Below are positions 49,200 through 60,221 of a stretch of DNA of 64,000 nucleotides, piece by piece. Below the pieces are notes generated by a model. It did no database searches, was not told the DNA's origin, and saw nothing but the letters and a program-made list of their open reading frames with translations. The stretch lies in NCBI GenBank assembly GCA_002269645.1, contig NIVC01002011.1:1-64000 (forward strand), read 5' to 3'. Source of the DNA: Macrostomum lignano. Lineage: Eukaryota. Position 1 is the first letter of the stretch, and each line of letters opens with the position of its first letter. A program made the position numbers and the translations under genes.

Positions 49200-49995
49200 G
49201 CATTCAGTCACTCTCAGCTGCATTCAGTCACTCTCAGCCGCATTCAGTCACTCTCAACTGCACTCAGTCACTCTCAGCTGCATTCAGTCACTCTCAACTG
49301 CACTCAGTCACTCTTAGTTAAATTCAGTCACTCTTAGTTGAATTCAGTCACTCTCAACTGCACTCAGTCGCTCTCAGCTGCACTCAGTCACTCTCAACTG
49401 CACTCAGTCACTCTTAGTTAAATTCAGTCACTCTCAGCTGCACTCAGTCACTCTCAACTGCACTCAGTCACTCTTAGTTAAATTCAGTCTCTCTTAGTTG
49501 AATTCAGTCACTCTCAACTGCACTCAGTCGCTCTCAGCTGCACTCAGTCACTCTCAACTGCACTCAGTCACTCTTAGTTAAATTCAGTCACTCTCAGCTG
49601 CACTCAGTCACCCTTAACTGCACTCAGTCACTCTTAGTTGAATTCAGTCACTCTCAACTGCACTCAGTCACTCTTAGTTGAATTCAGTCACTCTCAACTG
49701 CACTCAGTCACTCTCAACTGCACTCAGTCACTCTCAACTGCACTCAGTCACTCTCAACTGCACTCAGTCATTCTCAGCTGCACTCAGTCACTCTCAACTG
49801 CACTCAGTCACTCTCAACTGCACTCAGTCACTCTCAACTGCACTCAGTCACTCTCAACTGCACTCAGTCACTCTCAACTGCACTCAGTCATTCTCAGCTG
49901 CACTCAGTCATTCTCAGCTGCACTCAGTCACTCTCAGCTGCACTCAGTCACTCTCAACTGCACTCAGTCACTCTCAGCTGCACTCAGTCACTCAT
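49200..49995. repeat. 20-bp minisatellite (cactcagtcactctcaactg)
   Basis: Visible tandem units. Confidence 0.95.
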
Positions 49996-50749
49996 ACCGC
50001 TTTCACTAACAGGCTGCTAGCTACATATAATATTAATAAAATTGGAGAATGCTGAATTCTGTAACACTTTCAGCCCTCCGCCAATCTCTATCAATTAGTA
50101 ATTAACTAGCAACTGTACCTGAGCCTTTGAATTCATTATTACTGCATTAATCGCTGCCCAATTCATAAATCATTACCGGAGACTTATAACGCTGGCCTGC
50201 TCTATTGAATAGGCCGCAATGGCCTACCCATGTCCGGTAGCTGTCTGCCCAGGAAGGCGCAGCTAGTGCAACATCGGCCTAGCACATTTTCATTATATAA
50301 TTATTTTTAATTCAATATCGCTGACAGATGCTGCTGAGCGAATTGCTGTGCCGGCTCCCGGCGCATGCGTGAGCCCTAGCATTGTCCCCAGACTCACTTC
50401 CTGATGTAAGCCTGTACGTGAGGCTTCCGCGCTAACTTAGCTGTGTTGAGCGGGGCTTAAAATTACACCGCTCAGGTGAGCCAAGAGGGAGGCTTGAAAA
50501 ACAAGAATTCCATATTGGTTGTCGTCTAAAGTCCCTCATTTTGACTATTGCTGGTGAGTACGAAGCAAGTCTATTTACAATACATGTATATAGAAGTCTA
50601 AATTGCGTCGAAATCTTAATTTCTTCAAACTAGCTTGAGGGTGATGTCCACATGCAGAACGCATACAGCTGATCAATGGGCTTTCACCATAGACAAATTC
50701 AGCCGAGAAAAATCTGATTTCTGAGTGTAGCGTCCACTTCAGCTGTCCG

Positions 50750-51760
50750 TGTGGCTCAGTTATCCCACTGGCTCAGTTATCCCACTGGCTCAGTTATCCC
50801 ACTGGCTCAGTTATCCCACTGGCTCAGTTATCCCACTGGCTCAGTTATCCCACTGGCCCAGTTATCCCACTGGCCTAGTTATCCCACTGGCTCAGTTATC
50901 CCACTGGTCCAGTTATCCCACTGGCCCAGTTATCCCACTGGCCCAGTTATCCCACTGGCCCAGTTATCCCACTGGCCCAGTTATCCCACTGGCTCAGTTA
51001 TCCCACTGGCTCAGTTATCCCACTGGCCCAGTTATCCCACTGGCTCAGTTATCCCACTGGCCCAGTTATCCCACTGGCCCAGTTATCCCACTGGCCCAGT
51101 TATCCCACTGGCCTAGTTATCCCACTGGCTCAGTTATCCCACTGGCCCAGTTATCCCACTGGCTCAGTTATCCCACTGGCTCAGTTATCCCACTGGCCCA
51201 GTTATCCCACTGGCCCAGTTATCCCACTGGGCCAGTTATCCCACTGGCCCAGTTATCCCACTGGCTCAGTTATCGCACTGGCTCAGTTATCCCACTGGCC
51301 CAGTTATCCCACTGGCTCAGTTATCCCACTGGCCCAGTTATCCCACTGGCCTAGTTATCCCACTGGCCCAGTTATCCCACTGGCTCAGTTATCCCACTGG
51401 CTCAGTTATCCCACTGGCCCAGTTATCCCACTGGCCCAGTTATCCCACTGGCTCAGTTATCCCACTGGCCCAGTTATCCCACTGGCCCAGTTATCCCACT
51501 GGCTCATTTATCACACCAATCAGTTTTCCTAACGGTAAATATCCTATCGGTAGATATCCCATCGGTATATATCCCATCGGTAAATATCCCATCGGTAAAT
51601 ATCCCATCGGTAGATATCCCATCGGTAGATATCCCATCGGTAGATATCCCATCGGTAGATATCCCATCGGTAGATATCCCACCGGTAGATATCCCACCGG
51701 TAGATATATCGGTAGATATCCCAGCCACAGTTTATCCCATCGGCAGTTATCCCAACTGCT
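50750..51760. repeat. Adjacent 17-bp (tggctcagttatcccac, 50750-51510) and 15-bp (atcggtagatatccc, 51535-51760) minisatellites
   Basis: Visible tandem units; both share the ATCCCA core. Confidence 0.95.
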
Positions 51761-52525
51761 GTTATATCCAACTGGTAGTTTTCCCAACGAGTCTGCAGTT
51801 ATTAGCAATTTGAAAACGAGCGTACTTTTCCTTTCTGATTTACAAAATATTTCTGCCGGCTGCTTGAAAGATCTGGACATGCAGGAAGCTATGTGCAGTA
51901 CATGGATGGTTTATTTGATGTAAACACAAGAATTCCATACGGATATTAGAGAGCTTAGGAAAAATCTGTTCAGTGGAACATGTTCCTAGCATGCTACTTT
52001 TAGTAATTAGATTTAGTAGAATAACTGTGTTGGTACTGGATCGCTGTTCTGCTGTTAATTAACATGCTCGTTCAAGCTACTGAGTTAAAAAGTAATTTGA
52101 TTGAGCATTACTATCGGAGACTGGAGTAAAGCATCAAAGGTTAGTGTCCCGTGATTTAGCATACCCACAGTGCTCCAGCACGGTCTCCTAATAGATGGAG
52201 ATGAAGAGGCAGGGACGGACCACATTGCTTTTGCAGCCCGCAGCACCCCAACCGACCATGGAGGCGGAAACGGAGAAGGAGGCCAGCAGCGGAAGCGATG
52301 AGATCTCGGTGAGAAATCTACTCAATTCTTATAATTACCGCTTGCTTGTGAAAGCTGGTCTCTTTTTTGTTGGAGAGCAGGGACAATTATTGTTAATGAA
52401 TGCAATTCATTCAGTAGTCCTTGAGCCATTATTGCATTCTGCATTGTAAGTACGATTTACTTGACTTTCTATACAGTTTCTGTGCAGACCGGTTTCGCGT
52501 GTGCCCACCCACCCCCTTGCCGATC

Positions 52526-52539
52526 GTTCCCATGGCAAC
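52526..52539. promoter_or_regulatory. RFX X-box
   Basis: GTTCCCATGGCAAC, a 13/14 match to the palindromic X-box GTTGCCATGGCAAC, 241 bp upstream of the ATG at 52780. Confidence 0.7.
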
Positions 52540-52779
52540 GGCCTAGGCGGGTAGGGAGACCGGGCGCGTGTTTGTTCGGATCAAATTCTGGTCGCTGGTG
52601 AAGAGAGAAGGGGGTCGAAACAGGAGTCGGGCAGTCAACACACCACAGTGACTCGACTCACGCAGCCTTTTGACTGGAGCTTTCTTGCTCTCTTTCCGCG
52701 AATTATTTTTTATCCCAACCAGTCGGATTTAAGGCGGGGAGGGCATCGAAAAGGGCTATAAATAGAGCGGCGGGCAGTC

Positions 52780-55700
52780 ATGAGCGGAGCCGAGCGGCTG
52801 GGCTTCCTGCGCGAGATTCTGCAGCTGGAAAGCGCCGCCGCCGCCGCCGATACAGCTGACGCTGCCATCATGCCGTTGGGAAGGCGGCCAGCCGGGCGGT
52901 CTGGAGCTGCGGCCGCCGCAGCCTCCGGCCTTTTGATTCGCAGCCTCACCAGCGTTAAACTGGCTGAGAACAGCTCGCTAAACAATCTGTTCCAGCCGCT
53001 GGAGCTGCTCAGACGAAAGTCGCGCATCGTCCGCCTGCTGTGCCGAGTCAGCCTGGCCTTCAGCCTGGTGGCCCGCGAGGCCGGCGTGGTCGGGCAGCAG
53101 CAGCGGCGCGAGGACCAGCCGACAGCCGCCAGGTTCTACTCGGAGCTGGACGGCGCCGAGCTCGAATTCGACGTTGGCGACTATCGGTTCAGCTCGGACG
53201 AGGAACACCGGTGGCCGGTGTCCGCCAGGGGCGCCGTGCTCAAGCTGCCGTGCTATCGGGAAGCTGGCGAGGCCGATAGGATCCTGGCGCTGATGCGGCA
53301 GCTCAGATTCTGCAGGCGGCTGCCGCCAGCTGTGCAGGGGCGAATTGCTGAGCAGGCTTATTACATGCGGTGAGTCCTGGTCTAGTGTTTCTGAGTCCTG
53401 GTCTAGTGTTTCTGAGTCCTGGTCTAGTGTTTCTGAGTCCTGGTATAGTGTTTCTGAGTCCTGGTCTAGTGTTTCTGAGTCCTGGTCTAGTGTTTCTGAG
53501 TCCTGGTCTAGTGTTTCTGAGTCCTGTTCTAGTGTTTCTGAGTCCTGGTCTAGTGTTTCTGAGTCCTGTTCTAGTGTTTCTGAGTCCTGGTCTAGTGTTT
53601 CTGAGTCCTGGTCTAGTGTTTCTGAGTCCTGGTCTAGTGGGTCTTAGTCCTGGTCTAGTGTTTCTGAGTCCTGGTCTAGTGTTTCTGAGTCCTGTTCTAG
53701 TGTTTCTGAGTCCTGGTCTAGTGGGTCTTAGTCCTGGTCTAGTGTTTCTGAGTCCTGGTCTAGTGTTTCTGAGTCCTGTTCTAGTGTTTCTGAGTCCTGG
53801 TCTAGTGTTTCTGAGTCCTGTTCTAGTGTTTCTGAGTCCTGGTCTAGTGGGTCTTAGTCCTGGTCTAGTGTTTCTGAGTCCTGGTCTAGTGTTTCTGAGT
53901 CCTGTTCTAGTGTTTCTGAGTCCTGTTCTAGTGTTTCTGAGTCCTGTTCTAGTGTTTCTGAGTCCTGATCTAGTGTTTCTGAGTCCTGATCTAGTGTTTC
54001 TGAGTCCTGATCTAGTGTTTCTGAGTCCTGATCTAGTGTTTCTGAGTCCTGGTCTAGTGTTTCTGAGTCCTGATCTAGTGTTTCTGAGTCCTGGTCTAGT
54101 GTTTCTGAGTCCTGGTCTAGTGTTTCTGAGTCCTGGTCTAGTGTTTCTGAGTCCTGGTCTAGTGTTTCTGAGTCCTGGTCTAGTGTTTCTGAGTCCTGAT
54201 CTAGTGTTTCTGAGTCCTGGTCTAGTGTTTCTGAGTCCTGATCTAGTGGGTCTGAGTCTGGGTTGGTTAAATCTTCAGAGCAAAGAGACACGTTTTCAAA
54301 CCCTAAGTTAATGTTAACTCCACCTGAACTCGAGCTCAGATCCTCTAGCTTAACACTTTGGGGATCCCGCAGACTGGAGCGAGGCCGGGACGTGCTTCGG
54401 GCTGGGCACCCCGGCTACTCATTCTACGTGATCTTCTCCGGCGTGGTGCGGGTATCCGCCGGCCCCGACTTGCCCAACACTGAGCCGATTCTGCTTCGGA
54501 AAGGAGACTCGTTTGGCGAGCGATCGCTTCTGTTTGAGATGCCGCGAGACGTCACGGTGACCACGGAGAGGCTCACGGAGTTTCTCATCGTGTATGACGA
54601 CTGCTTCTTTGAGTCTGGCCTGGCCGACTACCTGGGAGAGCAGTATCGGAGAATTGAGCGGTTTCTCAGGTGAGGCAATCATCATGCTAGTGGCCTCACG
54701 GTCTGTCAGGTGAGGCAATGGTCATGCTAGTGGCCTCACGGTCTGTCAGGTGAGGCAATTGTCATGCTAGTGGCCTCACGGTCTGTCAGGTGAGGCAATG
54801 GTCATGCTGGTGGCCTCACGGTCTGTCAGGTGAGGCAATGGTCATGCTGGTGGCCTCACGGTCTGTCAGGTGAGGCAATGGTCATGCTAGTGGCCTCATG
54901 GTCTGTCAGGTGAGGCAATGGTCATGCTAGTGGCCTCACGGTCTGTCAGGTGAGGCAATTGTCATGCTAGTGGCCTCACGGTCTGTCAGGTGAGGCAATG
55001 GTCATGCTAGTGGCCTCACGGTCTGTCAGGTGAGGCAATGGTCATGCTAGTGGCCTCACGGTCTGTCAGGTGAGGCAATGGTCATGCTAGTGGCCTCACG
55101 GTCTGTCAGGTGAGGCAATTGTCATGCTAGTGGCCTCACGGTCTGTCAGGTGAGGCAATGGTCATGCTAGTGGCCTCATGGTCTGTCAGGTGAGGCAATG
55201 GTCATGCTAGTGGCCTCACGGTCTGTCAGGTGAGGCAATGGTCATGCTAGTGGCCTCACGGTCTGTCAGGTGAGGCAATGGTCATGCTAGTGGCCTCACG
55301 GTCTGTCAGGTGAGGCAATGGTCATGCTGGTGGCCTCACGGTCTGTCAGGTGAGGCAATGGTCATGCTGGTGGCCTCACGGTCTGTCAGGTGAGGCAATG
55401 GTCATGCTAGTGGCCTCATGGTCTGTCAGGTGAGGCAATGGTCATGCTAGTGGCCTCACGGTCTGTCAGGTGAGGCAATGGTCATGCTAGTGGCCTCACG
55501 GTCTGTCAGGTGAGGCAATGGTCATGCTAGTGGCCTCACGGTCTGTCAGGTGAGGCAATGGTCACGCTAGCGACTAAGTGGGATGGATACAAATGCCGCA
55601 ACGCCACAGGCTCATTGCAACTGTCATTCCTGAACTGGCAGAAGTCTGCCTCAGTTCTCAGGCCTGTCCACCAGCGCCCTCGCGGACCTGTCGCATCGCA

Positions 55701-57485
55701 GCACCCTGCTGGAGCACCTGGACGGATCAGTCATAGTCGGCAGCTCGCAGCGTACTCAGCTGGTGTGGCTGGTTGTCAGCGGCTCAGCCGACATCTACGG
55801 CCGGGTGTCGCGGCTCGACTCGGCCAAGCAGAGCCGGTTGGCTGGCGAAGAGGCGGAGACGAGCCGCCGCCTGATTGGCTGGCTGGCCGAAGTCGACGCT
55901 CGACTGCCGCGGTCCACAGCGGCAACTGAAGCCGCATCGGCAACCGCCAGGATCAGCAGGAATCGTCGGGCTCCGTTCCTGCTGCCTGGCGAGGCCGCCT
56001 ACCTGGCGAAAGTCGGCCATCTGACGCCTGGGAAATCCTTTGTGAGGATTGCTTGATTTTCCTGTTTATTATAATTAGTGAGACTGACTTCACCGATTCA
56101 TCACCTGTTGCTTGAGTCTTAATTAGTAGTAAGAAAGACATCTTAATCATTTACCATGAGTGTGAGATACCATGTTTTACCTGTGTGAGATCCTGGATTT
56201 TATTTGTGTGAGATACTGACATTCCGGAATTTTCGTGTGAGATTCCGAGTTTACACGTGTAAATTTGCGGATTTTATGAGCGTACCTGTTTCTCTGAGCC
56301 CTTGAAAAACGTTATAATTTGACGTTTTCGTCTTCTTGTAGATCCTTTTCTTCTTGAGTGAACAAATCAATGACTGAACTAGGCCGAGAGTGAACTAGGC
56401 CAAGAGTGAACTAGGTCGAGAGTGAACTAGGCCCAGAGTGAACTAGGCCGAGAGTGAACTAGGCCCAGAGTGAACTAAGCCCAGAGTGAACTAGGCCGAG
56501 AGTGAACTAGGCTGAGAGTGAACTAGGCCGAGAGTGAACTAGGCAGTGATTGCACTATGCAGTGAGTGAACTATGCAGTGAGTGAACTAGGCAGTGAGTG
56601 AACTAGGCAGTGAGTGAACTAGGCAGTGAGTGAACTAGGCAGTGAGTGAACTAGGCAGTGAGTGAACTAGGCATTGAGTGCACTAGGCAGTGAGTGAACT
56701 AGGCAGTGAGTGAACTAGGCAGTGAGTGAACTGGGCAGTGAGTGAACTAGGCAGAGTGAACTAGGCAGTGAGTGAACTGGGCAGTGAGTGAACTAGGCAG
56801 TGAGTGAACTAGGCATTGAGTGCACTAGGCAGTGAGTGAACTAGGCAGTGAGTGAACTAGGCAGTGAGTGAACTAGGCATTGAGTGCACTAGGCAGTGAG
56901 TGAACTAGGCAGTGAGTGAACTAGGCAGTGAGTGAACTGGGCAGTGAGTGAACTGGGCAGTGAGTGTACTAGGTGAGTGAACTGGGCAAACTGTTCAGTG
57001 AATTGCCCGAGTATGGTGGATTGAGCGAATAGTTTTGTTTCATAATGAGGACTCTGGAAGTGCAGCCTGAGATGACGCTGAGAGTGAAGCATCATCAAGC
57101 ACCCGCCTCTGCCACTTCCCCAGGGCCTGGCAGCGATGTTCGATCCACAGTCACGGGATCTATTCTTGGTCAGTCGCGGCTGCGAAGTGCTGGCGGTGCC
57201 CCACCAGGCCCTGCTAGCCGTGGCCTCCCGCAGCCAGCTGGAGTCCGCGCACCTGCTGTACGAGACTGTCCCGACTGATAGGCGGATGCGACGAGGGTGC
57301 GAGCAGCAGTGCGACTGGATGCTGTACAGGAGGCGGGAGGTGCGCGCCACTGTGCACCGGCTGAGAGTCATGTCTGACAGGTTCGACAAGACGCATCCCC
57401 CGCTGCCGTCAACTGCGCAGCAGCAGCAGCAGCAGAAGCGGCGAGGCCAAGGAGGGACGAGGATTCCACAGGTGCAGCAGCAGCA

Positions 57486-57517
<32 letters not shown>

Positions 57518-57564
57518 GCAGTCGCAGATCACATTCAGCGAAACCGCGTCTAAGCTATAGCTAA
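52780..57564 (+). CDS. Tandem cyclic-nucleotide-binding domain protein (CNBD1/CNBD2-like), 575 aa (exons 52780-53369, 54373-54669, 55642-56041, 57124-57564)
   Basis: All splice phases are compatible and the total length is 1728 nt. cNMP domain 1: LERGRDVLRAGHPGYSFYVIFSGVVRV...LRKGDSFGERSLLFEMPRDVTVTTERLTEFLIV. Domain 2: LRSLPQFSGLSTSALADL...VWLVVSGSADIY...LTPGKSF|GLAAMFDPQSRDLFLVSRGCEVL. Confidence 0.85.
53371..54255. repeat. 21-bp minisatellite (tgagtcctggtctagtgtttc) starting inside the donor gtgagt
   Basis: The first unit overlaps the 5' splice site at 53370. Confidence 0.96.
54670..55560 (+). repeat. 40-bp minisatellite, 22 full units, each bounded by GT...AG
   Basis: Unit GTGAGGCAATGGTCATGCTAGTGGCCTCACGGTCTGTCAG begins exactly at the donor (54670). 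Confidence 0.97.
56385..56985. repeat. 16-18-bp minisatellite (tgagtgaactaggcag and variants)
   Basis: Tandem units in the last intron of the CNBD gene. Confidence 0.93.
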
Positions 57565-57828
57565 GCTCATCATGCGCTTTAGAACTGTGGCGCGAATAGC
57601 GAGTGTCAATTTTTTATTCCGGTTCTCCTGTTAAATACATACGTTGAAAATCTCGTGCAGTAGAAGTCAGCTTTAGATAGCATTTTAGCATTGACTTGAT
57701 GCATCCATGTAGCTTGGACAAAATTAAGTAAAAATTAACTCTGCAACTTTCAGTAACACTTTTGGTCATTATTTACTGTATATTTTGGCATCTCAAAGGC
57801 TGTGTGATCGCAAAAGTCTCCAGTCGTG

Positions 57829-59025
57829 TCACAGGTCCTCCTGGGTGACGCGAACGTCGGACACGTCCACCCCAGTCCAAGTGCCAGTCAGAGTGACCGC
57901 CTTGCCAAGGCCGTTCACGGCCTCCGCTCTCCACGGCACGTCCATCTTTGAGTGGGTGATTGAAGCCTTCTTTCTGATCGCGTGCCCCGGCGGCACCACG
58001 ACCTCAGACGTCTGGCTGTACTGTGTGGTCCGGCTGTTGGTCTTGGTCAGGCTGAACTGGGCCGTGTACGATGAGGACACCTTGATTCCGCTCTCGCCAA
58101 CGAAAGGAATGCCGGCCTTGACCGAAATCTCCGTGCCAACAGACAGCGAGTGCGAGTGCGAGAAGCTGCTCGCCGTGGTCACCGAGCGGGAGATGGTGAA
58201 CGAGTCGCGCAACTCCACCGACGATCTCCGATTGTCGTAGGTCTCCACTTTGAGGTCGTCCGGCACCGAGCTGAGAATCTTGCCGTGATCAACCTGAAAG
58301 TCCAGACTGCAGACCTCCTTGACCTTGCCCTTGGCCTCAAAGAAACGAACATCGCGGTTGATGAAAGCTTCACCTGTGTAATCGGCGTCAAAGCACGTGA
58401 CTAGAATATTATTAGCAAGATCGATGGCTTGCAACATTCCGCCGGCGTGTCCAAAAAATCTTTGGCAGAATTTGCTCGCGGCTTTGATGCAGCCGTACCG
58501 GCGCACCATGTCGCTTTTGATGCAGTCAGCGTCCAGCTCTGTCAGAACAGAAACCGGCACCCATTCCCGTCGCGCCTGCTTCAGGCACACGTAGACCAAG
58601 TAGTCTCCGCGATAATAAAACAGACCCGTGTACTCCGATCCGTGGGTCCAACGACAGTAATTATCAGCTCCGCCTTGGTTGCAGCCGAATACTCCTTTGC
58701 AATACTTCAACGCCAGTTCCCATAACCTACCAGCGTGAAATGCCACGGGATCAAAGCCCTCCCGACAGGCGACGCTAACGATTCCGTTGGCTACGTTGGT
58801 GATTGTGCCAATCAGCCTTTTTCCCGGCACCGTCACCCTGTTGCAGTAGTCCACAACTGCGCCCAAGCATCCGTGGACATCAAAGTAGTCAAGATTTGTG
58901 TTGCACAGGCTGCTTAAGTCGCTCAGCGCCACCTCTGGAGCACTTTTAGTGCACCTGGAGACAGAATAGACTTGGTCCAATGCCCGCGATTCAGGCTGCC
59001 AGCTTTGCGGCGCCGTCAGCTGCAG
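57829..59025 (-). CDS. Aerolysin/ETX-MTX2 (natterin-like) beta-pore-forming protein with three N-terminal 4-Cys repeats
   Basis: 398 open codons after the acceptor ttttag (59026-59028). The C-terminal ~165 aa have the natterin-type pore-forming pattern: KILSSVP...YDN, Ser/Thr-rich alternating strands SFTISRSVTTASSFSHSHSLSVGTEISVKAGIPFVG, VVVPPG, DVPW, TGTWTGV. The initiation codon is not certain. Confidence 0.85.
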   Translation of the reverse strand: MQLTAPQSWQPESRALDQVYSVSRCTKSAPEVALSDLSSLCNTNLDYFDVHGCLGAVVDYCNRVTVPGKRLIGTITNVANGIVSVACREGFDPVAFHAGRLWELALKYCKGVFGCNQGGADNYCRWTHGSEYTGLFYYRGDYLVYVCLKQARREWVPVSVLTELDADCIKSDMVRRYGCIKAASKFCQRFFGHAGGMLQAIDLANNILVTCFDADYTGEAFINRDVRFFEAKGKVKEVCSLDFQVDHGKILSSVPDDLKVETYDNRRSSVELRDSFTISRSVTTASSFSHSHSLSVGTEISVKAGIPFVGESGIKVSSSYTAQFSLTKTNSRTTQYSQTSEVVVPPGHAIRKKASITHSKMDVPWRAEAVNGLGKAVTLTGTWTGVDVSDVRVTQEDL

Positions 59026-59479
59026 CTAAAATGTGAGCAGTGTTTCTCTAATACATTTAGATTTGAAAGTTATCATGAATGGTCGCTTCTTTCTGAACAT
59101 CATGCTCCCGGAATTCTAACAGAAGCCAAGGACTACTAAAAACACAGGACGCAGAACTTAAACTTGGTATGAACTTTTTAAACATTATCTACGGTAAAAA
59201 TTATCTACTAGATAGCGATTTTATATGTGAATTGTAACGTTTAATTACTTAGTTTTTAGTAGCCCTTGACAGAAGCAAGGTGTTGCAGCTCTGTCCAAGG
59301 TGAACTGTGAAAGACCATAGACTGATTTAGTAATTCAACGAGTAAAATGACTGTGGCTGTTGTAGACAGATAAAAAGTACATAGATCAATGATGCTGCAC
59401 TGGCAAATGACAAACTCGGTCGAGAAGTATTCGTCTCATCGAGAAAACACGTGCTAAAGAGACAAAAACAACTAAGATA

Positions 59480-60071
59480 CACTCAGCAACAGTCAAAACC
59501 GCCCGTACCCTACCGAGAGGCGACTTCTCTCTCACCTCAACTGGAAGTGACGTAACTTGCGCCACGGCGTGGCTAAAGCTGGGTGAGAGTGAATTCCAGG
59601 GTGAGAGTACAAAAGGGACTGGGGTTGGGGTTGGGGGTGCAACAGTACACGTGACAATGGTCAGGCATGTTAAGCATGTCAAGCTGGTGCATCCATCAGC
59701 GCAGTTGCTCGCCGATTTGGCCGATCACATTCAACAATTCGAGCGCTGTTAACGAAGTCCCAAGATACTGGTAGTGTTCAGCACGCAGCCATAGGCAGCC
59801 AGCGCCATGATCTCCGCGGCTCAACAGCCAGGGCAAATCGACGTCTGCTGCGGATTGTCAGGCGAACTCCGACCGCGCCAGCCACCCTGCTCCGTCTAAT
59901 GTGGGGTGAAAGAAGCAGATGGGGCATCTCCTGCATCCCCTGATTGCCCTCTCCTGCATTCACTCTCACCTAGCTTTAGCCACGCCGTGGCGAAAGTTAC
60001 GTCACTTGCAGTTGAGGTGAGAGAGAAGTCGCCTCTCTCGGTAGGGTGGCGGTTTTGACTGTTGCTGAGTG
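59480..60071. mobile_element. 592-bp non-autonomous DNA transposon with ~115-bp TIRs and TA flanks (CMC/EnSpm- or Tc1/mariner-like)
   Basis: 59480-59594 is the reverse complement of 59958-60071 with few mismatches or indels. Termini CACTCAGCAAC...GTTGCTGAGTG; TA at 59478-59479 and 60072-60073. Confidence 0.8.
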
Positions 60072-60221
60072 TATATATGAAACTTTGCTTGCTTGTCGGT
60101 CTCCAGCAGCATTTTTAAAAACCGTAACTTGACAAAAATTTAAAATTTGAAATGGCATACCGACAACTTAATTAATGCTAAAATTTCCAAAAATAATAGC
60201 TTTCTATTTGGCTTACGCAAG

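Noticed and set aside
48620-49220. Short ORFs on both strands, one hydrophobic
   Set aside because: Interrupted by stops or frame changes, with no recognisable motif or consistent splice chain
52195-52308. ATG-initiated exon-like segment (MEMKRQG...DEIS|gtgaga) as a first exon of the CNBD gene
   Set aside because: It ends in phase 0, while the acceptors just before 52780 need phase 1; the X-box position favours a promoter downstream of it
52755-52764. CTATAAATA as the TATA box of the CNBD gene
   Set aside because: Only about 16 nt before the ATG, too close for a canonical TATA-TSS spacing
59858-59895. DGAGWLARSEF resembling an EF-hand loop or ZIP ectodomain segment as exon 3 of the 61260 gene
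   Set aside because: Followed immediately by a stop, lies inside a TIR element, and needs a weak donor
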